From a virus (taxonomy: Duplodnaviria > Heunggongvirae > Uroviricota > Caudoviricetes): a stretch of DNA of 64,000 nucleotides. The notes under the pieces were generated by a model. The model was not told where the DNA came from. It was given only the letters and a program-made list of their open reading frames with translations, and did no database searches. The stretch is taken from positions 64,946 to 128,945 of IMG/VR virus record IMGVR_UViG_3300049211_000031, one strand, 5' to 3'. The position numbers were made by a program, and so were the translations under genes. Numbering within the stretch: position 1 is the first letter of the stretch; every line of letters starts with the position of its first letter. This document shows, piece after piece, positions 48,054 to 57,437 of the stretch.

Positions 48054-48365
48054 CTATAGATTCTCTGATAAGTGTTGTAAAATGTGTTCCTTCTCTATCT
48101 CTATATCAGGACACATTCCCCAACCAGCTACTAAATCATCTATGATGTCTTTAGCTTTCTCAATAATATCTTTAGGCTGCTCATTGGTAGTCTCTACGGG
48201 CTTATTAATTAATTGAAAATCACAAACATGATTGTTATTACAATATTCAGCTAATTCTTCATGCGTGAATTTCATAATATAAGCTCTTTGCTCATATTTT
48301 CCATTGTTTCCACTTATTAATGGAGCAACATATACTAGTAATATAATCTTGTAAGTATTTTTCAT
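48054..48365 (-). CDS. Secreted hypothetical protein
   Basis: N-terminal signal peptide MKNTYKIILLVYVAPLISG. Confidence 0.45.
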   Translation of the reverse strand: MKNTYKIILLVYVAPLISGNNGKYEQRAYIMKFTHEELAEYCNNNHVCDFQLINKPVETTNEQPKDIIEKAKDIIDDLVAGWGMCPDIEIEKEHILQHLSENL

Positions 48366-48399
48366 AATAATTTAATTAATCTATCCCTCGGCATTGTCT

Positions 48400-48813
48400 T
48401 TACATGTAAAATAATTGTTTTTTAGCAATACTATAGTACCATCTTTTAATTTTGAACTTATAGTAGTTGTTATTAAAAGAGTATTTGTGGTCTAAGTCTC
48501 TTTCCCAACAACAAAAATCTATATTATCTAAGAATTTTTGTAAGTCATCCTTATGAATATAGACAGTTCCTTTGATTTCAAAGTACAGTCCAGATTCAAA
48601 CTCCTCAGAGAAATCATTAAGAAAAAGATTTAGGCTAAGGTCAGTATAAAAACTATTTATCTTTTCTCTTTCTGTTTCATAATACCATTTTTCTCTGTGA
48701 ATTCTTGTAATACATTGTATTACAGACTCTTTACTTTTCCACATTTTGAGAAGTACTTCATCTACTTTTTTCTTGTATTGCTTTAACATTATTGTATTTT
48801 TAAAGATTTTCAC
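48400..48813 (-). CDS. Hypothetical protein
   Basis: 137-aa ORF. Confidence 0.45.
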   Translation of the reverse strand: MKIFKNTIMLKQYKKKVDEVLLKMWKSKESVIQCITRIHREKWYYETEREKINSFYTDLSLNLFLNDFSEEFESGLYFEIKGTVYIHKDDLQKFLDNIDFCCWERDLDHKYSFNNNYYKFKIKRWYYSIAKKQLFYM

Positions 48814-48833
48814 CGATATTCTGAGTTAAACAA

Positions 48834-49079
48834 CTACTTTTTATTAGTATAGATACCAAGAGCTGAAAGAACTAGGCAGCTCTCTCCAGAACTAAGCGTT
48901 CCGTCACTATAAACAGTATCGCCTTTATCGTAAGGTATTGTTACATGGTTACAGATAAGAATACCCTGTAGCATACCTTGCGATTCTGTTGTTTCACAAT
49001 GTACTACTACTTTTAAGTTTTGGTCTTTGTCCTTTAACTCTTCTATAAGTTGAGCAACTGTCATTGATTTCTGTACCAT
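48834..49079 (-). CDS. Hypothetical protein
   Basis: 81-aa ORF. Confidence 0.4.
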   Translation of the reverse strand: MVQKSMTVAQLIEELKDKDQNLKVVVHCETTESQGMLQGILICNHVTIPYDKGDTVYSDGTLSSGESCLVLSALGIYTNKK

Positions 49080-49115
49080 ATACTAATTTTTTAATAGTTA
49101 TTTATTCAATGCTGA

Positions 49116-49415
49116 TTACGCAGCAAGGGGGCAAGTGTGTCTACCCGATCTTCCTTTCATATGATGTACTTCTGTAGCTATTCTCGTGCATTCATTGAGT
49201 CGAGCTTCGCATATTGGATGTTCTTTGAGGAAGGCTGTTCGTAGTACACTATACTCTGCTTCTTGTTTAGCTCTCTTACTCGAACGTCTATTAATTCGAG
49301 TTTGCTTTTTATTTGTTGATTGTTTCTTATCAGTGCGGAGATATTGATGAAATTTACAATAATTGCAAGCGAATACATGATTATTGCAGCCTTCATGTTT
49401 ACAAGTTTTTGGCAT
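49116..49415 (-). CDS. HNH-like zinc-finger nuclease
   Basis: 'CKHEGCNNHVFACNYCKFH…TEVHHMKGR' gives Cys4 zinc finger plus an HH catalytic motif. Confidence 0.5.
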   Translation of the reverse strand: MPKTCKHEGCNNHVFACNYCKFHQYLRTDKKQSTNKKQTRINRRSSKRAKQEAEYSVLRTAFLKEHPICEARLNECTRIATEVHHMKGRSGRHTCPLAA

Positions 49416-49422
49416 TAAAGTG

Positions 49423-49608
49423 TTATGTTGTCTTGCCTTGAATTTTTAAGTAATGAATTTTCTGATCGTGACTGGCGGGGAAGATAATTGGTTCTCCACC
49501 CATTATTGTGCATAAATGTTCAGCTACATCTTCTCTTGTAATTACACCATTTACTACAACAATAGGATTTGGAGAAAATGCTGTATTTAAAGATGTTAAA
49601 AAGTCCAT
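49423..49608 (-). CDS. Hypothetical protein
   Basis: 61-aa ORF. Confidence 0.4.
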   Translation of the reverse strand: MDFLTSLNTAFSPNPIVVVNGVITREDVAEHLCTIMGGEPIIFPASHDQKIHYLKIQGKTT

Positions 49609-49610
49609 AA

Positions 49611-49643
49611 TTTAAAATAAAAAGAGAAGGATTTCTCCTTCTC
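49611..49643 (-). terminator. Rho-independent terminator (minus strand)
   Basis: 8-bp stem GAGAAGGA-gaaa-TCCTTCTC followed by TTTTTATTTT on the minus strand. Confidence 0.7.
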
Positions 49644-49661
49644 ATTGTTATAGATAGAGAA

Positions 49662-49850
49662 TCAGCATGAAGCCTGTTCAATATTCCTTAGATCCTCTTT
49701 AATGATATTTCTAATGTCAATAAAGAAAACAATTAGAGTAATACAGAGGAAGTAAATAGCGAAGAACCAGTGTTCAAAAAACATTGACCACATTGCCCAA
49801 GAAATCATAGTACTATAGAAAAATATGGTGTTTATGACAAATTTTTTCAT
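49662..49850 (-). CDS. Small membrane protein
   Basis: 62 aa, two transmembrane helices. Confidence 0.4.
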   Translation of the reverse strand: MKKFVINTIFFYSTMISWAMWSMFFEHWFFAIYFLCITLIVFFIDIRNIIKEDLRNIEQASC

Positions 49851-49856
49851 AGAGAG

Positions 49857-50108
49857 TTATTTACAATATTCTGGTTTTAACCTTCTTTCCGTAAGAATTC
49901 CGACAGCACTTGTCAAAATCTCTTCAGATTCTGGAACTTCTATCGGAACCTCCTCGAATGGGTCTTCATATTTTACCAACAAGATGTTTAGTTCATTTAA
50001 AAACCCCGGTAAATATTGTATCCTATCTATAACTTGCTGTACCAAAGTAGTTAAATTCTGACCTTCATTGATAAATTGAATGTATTCCGGGGTTAGGTTA
50101 GATTCCAT
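49857..50108 (-). CDS. Hypothetical acidic protein
   Basis: 83-aa ORF. Confidence 0.4.
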   Translation of the reverse strand: MESNLTPEYIQFINEGQNLTTLVQQVIDRIQYLPGFLNELNILLVKYEDPFEEVPIEVPESEEILTSAVGILTERRLKPEYCK

Positions 50109-50147
50109 AAATGTTTTTGATATGAAGAAAAGAGTTGTTTTTATAAA

Positions 50148-50357
50148 TTATGCAAGAGAAGTATCAAATTGAATACCATCAAACTTACAAAAGTTATGAC
50201 AACTGCATTCCGGTAATCCGGGATTATTCTCTTTACATTTAGCCTTACAGTATGTACTTTCAGGGTTATGTAAAAGATTCTTCAATCTTATAGCTTTTGG
50301 TTTGGTGTAAACTAAGAATAATGCTGTTGCAATATCCTTATAATCATTCTTTTCCAT
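50148..50357 (-). CDS. Hypothetical Cys-rich protein
   Basis: 69-aa ORF. Confidence 0.4.
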   Translation of the reverse strand: MEKNDYKDIATALFLVYTKPKAIRLKNLLHNPESTYCKAKCKENNPGLPECSCHNFCKFDGIQFDTSLA

Positions 50358-50391
50358 AATTTACATTTAAAACAACTCTTTTCAAAAATTT

Positions 50392-51258
50392 TTATTCTAA
50401 ACCAGAAAGACGCTTCTTCTTATACTCCTCTATGAGAGCAGTACCTTGTTCTTCGCTTAAAGCGTTAGCAGCACTCATCTTGGTGAGCTGCGGTGCTACG
50501 TCACGTTGGAACTGTTCAACATTAGAAGTATACTCAGCAATTGATGATTCGATTTGAAGAATCGACTCATTGTATCGCTGAAGTTCAGGAGAATCTTTCT
50601 GTAAAAATGCCTTAGCAGAGTCCGTAGCAGTGCTTAGTTCTTTCATCATTTTGTAATATTCGGCCTTAGCATCTAATGTACTTTTAAGTATCTCTGTATC
50701 GGCAGTCCAAGCCTCATGTAGCTCTTGTAGGGATTTTTCCTGGGCTTTGATAAAATCAAGTTTAGGTAATAGCTCATTAATTTGCTGATCTAGTAAACCA
50801 ACTTTAGCTTTTGCCACTTTAATAATACCAGGAGCAGCATTTTGTTCTTCCATTTTTACTGCCTTAGCCTTATTTTCTTCACATTCCTTTATCATTGCAT
50901 TGATAGAACGGCTGGTAGAAATCTTAATTTCTCCGATTTTGAGAATACTGATATGTAGCTCATCAATTTTACGCACCATGTATGCATGATACTGGTATAA
51001 ATACCAAAGCTTGTCAGAAGATATGATTTTCTTGGTCATATCCCACGACAATTTCTTGAAAAGCGTCCAGATAATCTCGTAATTCCATACAAGAAAGAGT
51101 AATGGAATACCCAATGCTGCCGCAATCCACAAGTTGGTGAAGATTGTAATTAATGGGGGTAGTAGTAAGTAAAGGATCACAAGTACGCCTACTAATACGA
51201 TTGCAGCAATGAATTTTTGAGTGGAGTTTGTTAAATCCACTGTTTTCATGTTTATCAC
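50392..51258 (-). CDS. Membrane protein with long coiled-coil
   Basis: N-terminal transmembrane helices (IAAIVLVGVLVILYLLLPPLITIF…) then heptad-rich helical region. Confidence 0.5.
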   Translation of the reverse strand: MINMKTVDLTNSTQKFIAAIVLVGVLVILYLLLPPLITIFTNLWIAAALGIPLLFLVWNYEIIWTLFKKLSWDMTKKIISSDKLWYLYQYHAYMVRKIDELHISILKIGEIKISTSRSINAMIKECEENKAKAVKMEEQNAAPGIIKVAKAKVGLLDQQINELLPKLDFIKAQEKSLQELHEAWTADTEILKSTLDAKAEYYKMMKELSTATDSAKAFLQKDSPELQRYNESILQIESSIAEYTSNVEQFQRDVAPQLTKMSAANALSEEQGTALIEEYKKKRLSGLE

Positions 51259-51473
51259 TTCTTATACAGATTTAGTGGTATAATAATCTCTCGCGTTTCT
51301 TCATCTGCGTGTGAATGATTCGCTTCTACAAATATTAGTTTATCCTCATTCTTTTCATAGAAAATAGGATTAACTCCTTCAGCATCATTTACGTACCAAT
51401 CCGCAAATGATTGGGCTTGAGCGAGAGTTTCAAACCCATCAAATATTACTTTGAATTTACCCTTCATTACCAT
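51255..51473 (-). CDS. Hypothetical protein
   Basis: 72-aa ORF. Confidence 0.4.
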   Translation of the reverse strand: MVMKGKFKVIFDGFETLAQAQSFADWYVNDAEGVNPIFYEKNEDKLIFVEANHSHADEETREIIIPLNLYKK

Positions 51474-51688
51474 TCATTTAGAAGTTCAACTTCTTTTCTC
51501 ACATCCCTCCAGTAGTTGCTAGTTAAAGGTGGTAATTGATCTACGAATATCTCAATTATACCATCACAATGTTCTAAAGCATCTTCTTTGGAGTTGAAGC
51601 GAGAAGAGAGCCAAGTAGCTCTCTGTTTCGGTGTTTGTTTGGGTGGTGAAGTAATTTCACCTTTTTGATCCCGGAAGATTACCTTCAT
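51467..51688 (-). CDS. Hypothetical protein
   Basis: 73-aa ORF. Confidence 0.4.
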   Translation of the reverse strand: MKVIFRDQKGEITSPPKQTPKQRATWLSSRFNSKEDALEHCDGIIEIFVDQLPPLTSNYWRDVRKEVELLNEW

Positions 51689-51708
51689 ACTTGTTAGTAC
51701 TTAGCACA

Positions 51709-51972
51709 TTAATTGGTTGTGGATTCCATATGTTCTATATACCCACTACTCTTGCCGGTTGAATGATAGGTATCAGATTGCATTTTACCTGAACAGTCTG
51801 ACCAGTAAATATATCGGCTTCCATCTTCAAACCGGTACACTTTACAACCATCCTTTTCAAATAAAAGCTCTACATTGAAATCTCCACTATGAGTCACTTC
51901 TTGTGCTTCATTCATACAACCAATTACGGTGAAGAGGAAGAATACTAATGTAAATAATAATAGTCGGTTCAT
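51709..51972 (-). CDS. Small lipoprotein (o-spanin-like?)
   Basis: Signal peptide plus lipobox 'TVIGC'. Confidence 0.45.
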   Translation of the reverse strand: MNRLLLFTLVFFLFTVIGCMNEAQEVTHSGDFNVELLFEKDGCKVYRFEDGSRYIYWSDCSGKMQSDTYHSTGKSSGYIEHMESTTN

Positions 51973-52763
51973 TACTTATCTACGGATTTGATAAAGAATG
52001 GAGCAGAACCGTAAATAGGTGTATGACCATCCCATTTTTCAATAAATTGTTGTTGTAAGAGAGCAGGTGTAATACCTCTTTGTCGTTTAAGATCACCTTC
52101 AGCTTGTAAATCGTAAAGCTCGTTCTTCTTCTTTTGTTCTGCAATTTGTTGATCTAATACTGACAGGTTAGTATTTACTTCATTACGACTGTCGATCTTA
52201 GATTTTACTTTATCACTAAAATCGAGCTGGCAAGAGAAGCTTTCAAGCTTTAAACCTTTTTTCTCAAACTCATTTCGCACAATATTCTCTACATCTTTCT
52301 CAAACCTTAAAGAACCAGAGTTGGCCATTAATGTATCAGTAACGTACTTACGGCTCTCTTCTTTAGCGAGATCACGAATTTTCATTTCAAGGATATTATC
52401 CTCTAATGACTTCATGAATGTGTCGCCAGAACCTAGCTGTTTGTTCTGAAATACCACATCAACAGCGCGATTTTCTATAACTGTGTAGCTATAGGAAGGC
52501 TGAGCAGTAATTTCAGTGTTATCAGCAGTTTTTAGGTGCATCTTTTCTTCAAAGCCACCACGTTGTTCCCATAAAGGAACTTGGAATAGTTCTGTGCCGG
52601 GAGAAGAAACATTAACACGTCCTTTAGTAGTGCTGAAGTCAGATTTACCGTTTTTACCATAGTTTTCCATAAGTACACCAATGTAATTCGGTGCTACACG
52701 TTCACAGGCTATAAATGTCAAGGCAGAAATAAGAGCAAAAAATGCAATAATGAGCTTTTTCAT
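51972..52763 (-). CDS. Lipoprotein with coiled-coil region
   Basis: Signal peptide plus lipobox 'TFIAC'; helical C-terminal half. Confidence 0.5.
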   Translation of the reverse strand: MKKLIIAFFALISALTFIACERVAPNYIGVLMENYGKNGKSDFSTTKGRVNVSSPGTELFQVPLWEQRGGFEEKMHLKTADNTEITAQPSYSYTVIENRAVDVVFQNKQLGSGDTFMKSLEDNILEMKIRDLAKEESRKYVTDTLMANSGSLRFEKDVENIVRNEFEKKGLKLESFSCQLDFSDKVKSKIDSRNEVNTNLSVLDQQIAEQKKKNELYDLQAEGDLKRQRGITPALLQQQFIEKWDGHTPIYGSAPFFIKSVDK

Positions 52764-52764
52764 C

Positions 52765-52995
52765 TTAAAGATGTTTGTTAATTAGGTGCTTAATGTAGTA
52801 ATAAATTCCAATAATACCTGCAATAGCTGCACCAAAGGCTACCCATGCATTAAAGAAATTAAAGATTTTTGGGACAACTAAAGCGAAAAAAACTATCGCT
52901 AACAGTCCAAATAAAACATATTTCATGATAAAAATTTTACCATTTAGCTTCTTTGTTCCAGTTAAGGTCGCTAAAATAAAGCACGCAAAATACAA
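52765..52995 (-). CDS. Small membrane protein (holin-like?)
   Basis: 76 aa with 2–3 transmembrane helices. Confidence 0.4.
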   Translation of the reverse strand: MYFACFILATLTGTKKLNGKIFIMKYVLFGLLAIVFFALVVPKIFNFFNAWVAFGAAIAGIIGIYYYIKHLINKHL

Positions 52996-53143
52996 TAATT
53001 CCTAGTAACCATGATGCAAGAATAGCGTAAATAATTGTAAATGCTCTAGATTTTATTGTCCAATTATTTTCTTTTCTAAACATTTTTCTGGATACAAAGT
53101 AGCTAAATAATGTTCCAATTATCCAAATAATTAAAATCCACAT
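52937..53143 (-). CDS. Small membrane protein (holin-like?)
   Basis: 68 aa with 2 transmembrane helices. Confidence 0.4.
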   Translation of the reverse strand: MWILIIWIIGTLFSYFVSRKMFRKENNWTIKSRAFTIIYAILASWLLGIIVFCVLYFSDLNWNKEAKW

Positions 53144-53250
53144 AAAAATGCTTTAAAAAAGCATGAGAGGTGGATACTTTGCCGGCAATTGTCATCACAC
53201 ATTCGCATCTCATGCTTTTTGTTTAGAGTATATTGGAGTTAAAACGGGGC

Positions 53251-54243
53251 TTAGTTCATTGACAGTAGGTAACCAATAGTGAAATTGGCATCCCCGTCAA
53301 AAATGTAGTTCTGGCACTTAGCGGTTTCGTAGATTGCCCGGTAAATGTTCAATCCTGATTTCTTCTTAACATCATCACCGGCGCTATAATTATCGGGATT
53401 AGCGAGAGCAGTAAACCGTTCATTTCCACTACGGGATTCTTTGGCAAGTGTATAAGGCACCCCACCAATAAGAAAACAATTGCTACGCAGATTAGCAGGA
53501 ATCTTATTACAAGCAGTGACAACTTCATTATATACCTCCTGGTCAGTTTTACCTATTGCAAAATATTTAGCACCGGGACATTCAACTGTTTTAAGACGAT
53601 CGCCTTCATACCAGTTGATTTTTGTATTACCCGATCCAATATCAACAGTGAAACTATTACTCCTGTAATTCTTTGGTAGTAAAGCTTTTAGAGCAAATTT
53701 ACCCTCCTGATCTGCTGTCACTTCATTAATTACGAAGCCTTTCTCACGAATAGCTTGCATCACCATGCTAATATTCTTAACCTTCATGGCACCGGATGAT
53801 ACTACGAATTGAATATTGCGACCGGCAACACCTTTATTAGCAATAGAAGCAATATACTTCTTCATTTGGGTATAAATGTCGGAAGTGTTTGCGAAGCCCT
53901 CCCAGGCCAGGGATTCTCCAAATTCTTTTGATACAAGTTCCCAGTTTTTGTCTTTGTCAATGTCAACAACAAAGGCGTTGAATCCAGATGCACCTACTTC
54001 GATGACACCTTTTCGAACGCCGTTCATTACAGGTTCAAGTTGAATATTTAAACTATTAGCTTGAGCTTTAGCAATATCTCCACCCTGCAAGGACGTGCTG
54101 GTTATATTTACAGAAGTGCTATTAGGAACAATTGTTTGAATAGCATCTGGTTTTACAGGATCAGGATTCTTCCATTTATAATATTTGTAACTACCAAGAC
54201 CTACTATTAAAAGAATTACTACAATAGGAATACTCTTTTTCAT
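53251..54243 (-). CDS. Membrane-anchored / secreted ASKHA-fold (Ppx/GppA- or apyrase-like) protein
   Basis: Likely start MKKSIPIVVILLIVGLGS (ORF track extends to 54336); 'FTVDIGSGNTKINW' and 'IEVGASGFNAFVV' resemble ASKHA phosphate-binding loops. Confidence 0.4.
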   Translation of the reverse strand: MKKSIPIVVILLIVGLGSYKYYKWKNPDPVKPDAIQTIVPNSTSVNITSTSLQGGDIAKAQANSLNIQLEPVMNGVRKGVIEVGASGFNAFVVDIDKDKNWELVSKEFGESLAWEGFANTSDIYTQMKKYIASIANKGVAGRNIQFVVSSGAMKVKNISMVMQAIREKGFVINEVTADQEGKFALKALLPKNYRSNSFTVDIGSGNTKINWYEGDRLKTVECPGAKYFAIGKTDQEVYNEVVTACNKIPANLRSNCFLIGGVPYTLAKESRSGNERFTALANPDNYSAGDDVKKKSGLNIYRAIYETAKCQNYIFDGDANFTIGYLLSMN

Positions 54244-54292
54244 GCTGAAAAGAAATTTAAGAATTAAAAAAAATATTTGTTCAAAAAATTTT

Positions 54293-54508
54293 TTACTGGG
54301 ATATACCCTTATAGAATAGACCGGCAGAACATACAAAGATCATCATGCCAAATATTGCCGACAAATCACCTTTGTTTGCAAGCTCACATCCATAATTAAA
54401 GACAAAACCCCCACAAATTACAATACCAATTCGGAAGCACCATTTGTTGAGATTCATACTCTTCTTTTTTGGGAATGAATGAGTTAAATTGTGCCGTATA
54501 ATACTCAA
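54293..54508 (-). CDS. Small hydrophobic hypothetical protein
   Basis: 71-aa ORF; overlaps the next ORF in another frame. Confidence 0.3.
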   Translation of the reverse strand: MSIIRHNLTHSFPKKKSMNLNKWCFRIGIVICGGFVFNYGCELANKGDLSAIFGMMIFVCSAGLFYKGISQ

Positions 54509-54665
54509 CTAGGTCAAACTCCAGTGAGGATTTCTTAAGGAGTTCGATAGCTTGTTCTGCAACAGCTTCTTGTTGTATAGAAGATTTTAAGCCTTGTATA
54601 AAGCCTAATATCTCAGTAAATGTGTAGAAGCTGTATGGTTTACCAATCAACGATATTTTCAACAT
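54396..54665 (-). CDS. Hypothetical protein
   Basis: 89-aa ORF. Confidence 0.35.
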   Translation of the reverse strand: MLKISLIGKPYSFYTFTEILGFIQGLKSSIQQEAVAEQAIELLKKSSLEFDLVEYYTAQFNSFIPKKEEYESQQMVLPNWYCNLWGFCL

Positions 54666-54766
54666 ATGTAGGTTTTAAAAAAAATAGGGAGTTAATATTT
54701 GTTAACTCCCTACACCACAACTTGTTAAAAAATAAGGAATTACATTGCTAATGTCTACCTACTGGT

Positions 54767-55327
54767 TTATTCACCGTTGGGTACACGAGCATTTTCATGC
54801 ATCATTCCGGCTTGCTCATTTGTGATGCTATTAATCTTTTTTGCGTTTAATATCGCCTCCACCTCATCGGCGCTGCGTATCAACGTATCCTTTGCATTTT
54901 CATCTTCTACAAGTATTTGTTGCATGTAGATAGGATGAAATACGTTATTAATGGTGAATCCAACCTGCTCACCATTGCTGGGGTTGATTTTAGGATTCTG
55001 GTTAGGATAGAAGGGTTTCAGAGATTCTTTTTGGATGATCCTGCCAGGCACTTCGCTTCCAGCTTTAAGCTTGTTCTGTTTAACAATACTCTCCAATTCC
55101 TCAATAGTGCCAGAAATAAATGCTACTCTGTTAGCACCGTTAAGAAATGTACCATTCATCACACGAACGCTTTGAGTGAGCATAATACTACCAATTGGGC
55201 GATCCCGGTTATCTGTTCTTGGATTACCTTGCTCGTCTCTGAAAGGTTTAATAATTGGTGCACCCTCTTCACTAACAGCGATCATAACTTTAGAGCCTCG
55301 GGTTAGAAAATTTAACATAGTGGACAT
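54767..55327 (-). CDS. Hypothetical protein
   Basis: 186-aa ORF. Confidence 0.5.
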   Translation of the reverse strand: MSTMLNFLTRGSKVMIAVSEEGAPIIKPFRDEQGNPRTDNRDRPIGSIMLTQSVRVMNGTFLNGANRVAFISGTIEELESIVKQNKLKAGSEVPGRIIQKESLKPFYPNQNPKINPSNGEQVGFTINNVFHPIYMQQILVEDENAKDTLIRSADEVEAILNAKKINSITNEQAGMMHENARVPNGE

Positions 55328-55359
55328 AATAAAATAAGATAAATTGTTTACAAATCAGA

Positions 55360-55560
55360 TTAACAATCAGCAGAACTAAGTTTATGTCGTGGGACATATA
55401 TCTTTCTTCCATCCTGTGCAGTAATTTTAACCATATCACAGGGAAGGTTGGGATAATCCTTCTTAAGGAATTCCTTCTCCGGACATATTAATGTGTTATT
55501 TTTCACTGCAAATAATGGAACCTTGGTTAGCGATTGACTCCGTGGGGCGTGAAATTTCAT
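55360..55560 (-). CDS. Hypothetical protein
   Basis: 66-aa ORF. Confidence 0.4.
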   Translation of the reverse strand: MKFHAPRSQSLTKVPLFAVKNNTLICPEKEFLKKDYPNLPCDMVKITAQDGRKIYVPRHKLSSADC

Positions 55561-55683
55561 AAAACTGTTATGTATTTATGGATTCCATAAAATACTGGTC
55601 TCAGTCTTATTTTTAGTTCTTAGGTGGTTTACAGATGTAGTTAATACTGAAATCTTGCGTAATATCTGTAAATATAATAACTT

Positions 55684-55950
55684 CTACGAGGCTTGTTTGA
55701 TGCTTACGCTGTTCTTCACAATGCTACATACAAACACCTCATCGTTTGGTAACATATGTATAATTACACTCTTGTCCAGTGTCATAGCCTTGTTAGGACC
55801 AAGTTTCTGTAAGTAATGTAATTCTTCCTTCTCAACACCATCTGTTCGTGTATATAATGTACGGTTTACAGCGAAGATGTGTGATCTTGGAATCTGTACA
55901 AATTTACTAAGGGTTTCTTGCTTTGTTATCATAAATTCACAATTAAGCAA
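55684..55950 (-). CDS. Hypothetical protein
   Basis: 88-aa ORF. Confidence 0.4.
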   Translation of the reverse strand: MLNCEFMITKQETLSKFVQIPRSHIFAVNRTLYTRTDGVEKEELHYLQKLGPNKAMTLDKSVIIHMLPNDEVFVCSIVKNSVSIKQAS

Positions 55951-56404
55951 TTAGGGTAAAGTTAAGGACATAGTAGAGAATACTCAGGAGATAAACAAAT
56001 ATAACTCTTGTTCGTCTATCTGGAGAAGGGGTTTATAGTAAACTCTTGCAGGCCGCTGTCGTCTATTGTTGTGCTTAGGTTTCTTTCTCCGTGTTAACCA
56101 ATATCTACCCTTCTTATCTTTGAGTACTACTAACGATCGTTTTCTTTTGATAATTTCCATACTTAAGATTTTATTCTCTACTGTGTCCCACTAATAGGGA
56201 CAGATGTAGTTCTTCATAGATGAAATTAGTTTGGGTGGAAGTTAAATTGCGTAAATTTCATAGCCATTGAACTCTCCATAAGAGCGTCCAATGCTGGATT
56301 ACCAGTCTTCTCCTTATTGCAGATTAGTTCCTGGGAATACAGTTTCTTAAATTCTTTCTCGTCCAAAGATTCCTTAAGGGTAAAAGAAATCATACGGTGG
56401 GGTT

Positions 56405-56440
56405 TAATAAAGAATAAAGGAAGAGGATTTCTCCTCTTCC
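56405..56440 (-). terminator. Rho-independent terminator (minus strand)
   Basis: 9-bp stem GGAAGAGGA-gaaa-TCCTCTTCC followed by TTTATTCTTTATT; same loop and stem style as the hairpin at 49624. Confidence 0.6.
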
Positions 56441-56450
56441 TAAAATCAGT

Positions 56451-57086
56451 CTACTCTCCTCGTGGCTGATTAAATGCACCAGCTAGTGTGCTAACTGGTT
56501 GTCCGCCTTCCGGACTTATTGGTTGATTGGGTGGATTGTCACTAAATCCTCTATTAGGATTGCTTGTTCTTTGAACCCTTGCAGCACCCACTGCAGCACC
56601 AAACAACCGATTAGGTTCCATTTGTGCTAACACATTGTTATCCATACGCATATCCACATCATCTTCCATTTTGTCACTGATCCATGTCTTAAAGTAGGTA
56701 GGTTTACCATCAATAATACGTGGATCCTTGTCAAGCTGTTGCGTAATCTGTGGAGTGCTAAATAATCCTCTGTTAATGTGTCCAGGGAATTCCCTGTCAA
56801 TAGGGAATAGTCCTATCATCTCAGCTTTAACAGGATGTGAATGTGTACGCAACTGACTAAGCCCTACATTCTCACCGGTAATAGCACTTAAAAAGGCTGA
56901 AGTTTCAGACATACCCTTGTCTGCACCATCTCTACCTTCCTCAATGAATGTAACTACAATCATCTCAGTCCATGTACCAGTAACTGGATTTTGCACGTTA
57001 ATAGTATTTCCGTGCCTTAAAACTTTGATCATAACTGAAAATTTTAATGTTAACGAATAGAATGCACATTGTTCATTACTGAACAA
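56451..57086 (-). CDS. Hypothetical protein
   Basis: 211-aa ORF (start possibly the internal MIKVLRHG); followed by a strong terminator. Confidence 0.5.
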   Translation of the reverse strand: MFSNEQCAFYSLTLKFSVMIKVLRHGNTINVQNPVTGTWTEMIVVTFIEEGRDGADKGMSETSAFLSAITGENVGLSQLRTHSHPVKAEMIGLFPIDREFPGHINRGLFSTPQITQQLDKDPRIIDGKPTYFKTWISDKMEDDVDMRMDNNVLAQMEPNRLFGAAVGAARVQRTSNPNRGFSDNPPNQPISPEGGQPVSTLAGAFNQPRGE

Positions 57087-57131
57087 TTCGTTCTCTACAA
57101 ATCAATGTTAACATTAAATAGGCTGAGACAT

Positions 57132-57437
57132 TTAAATAGTCTCTTTTTCAGTTATAGCTACAATATCATCTGCGAATTTCTCGCAATTTATTAAAAACCC
57201 TGTAAAATATTGTTTTCCCATGCTTACAAGTATATTGTAAACACTTGAACCAATTCGTGTTATTACAGGAAGTTTATAATAAATAAATACCGCGTAATCC
57301 TCATTTAACTCCATACATTTAACTTTTTTTATTAGAAAATGTTGGATGAAGGGGTACGCTACAATAGTATTACTTAAGGTGGCAAATGCAGAAATCTCCT
57401 TTGTTATCAACTGGATTTCTACATCCTTCTTTCGCAC
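57132..57437 (-). CDS. Hypothetical protein
   Basis: 101-aa ORF. Confidence 0.4.
   Translation of the reverse strand: MRKKDVEIQLITKEISAFATLSNTIVAYPFIQHFLIKKVKCMELNEDYAVFIYYKLPVITRIGSSVYNILVSMGKQYFTGFLINCEKFADDIVAITEKETI

Noticed and set aside
56226-56393. 55-aa minus-strand ORF (MISFTLKESLDEKEFKKLYSQELICNKEKTGNPALDALMESSMAMKFTQFNFHPN)
   Set aside because: Its start lies only 25 nt after a strong terminator with no promoter room; no motif. Left as uncertain.
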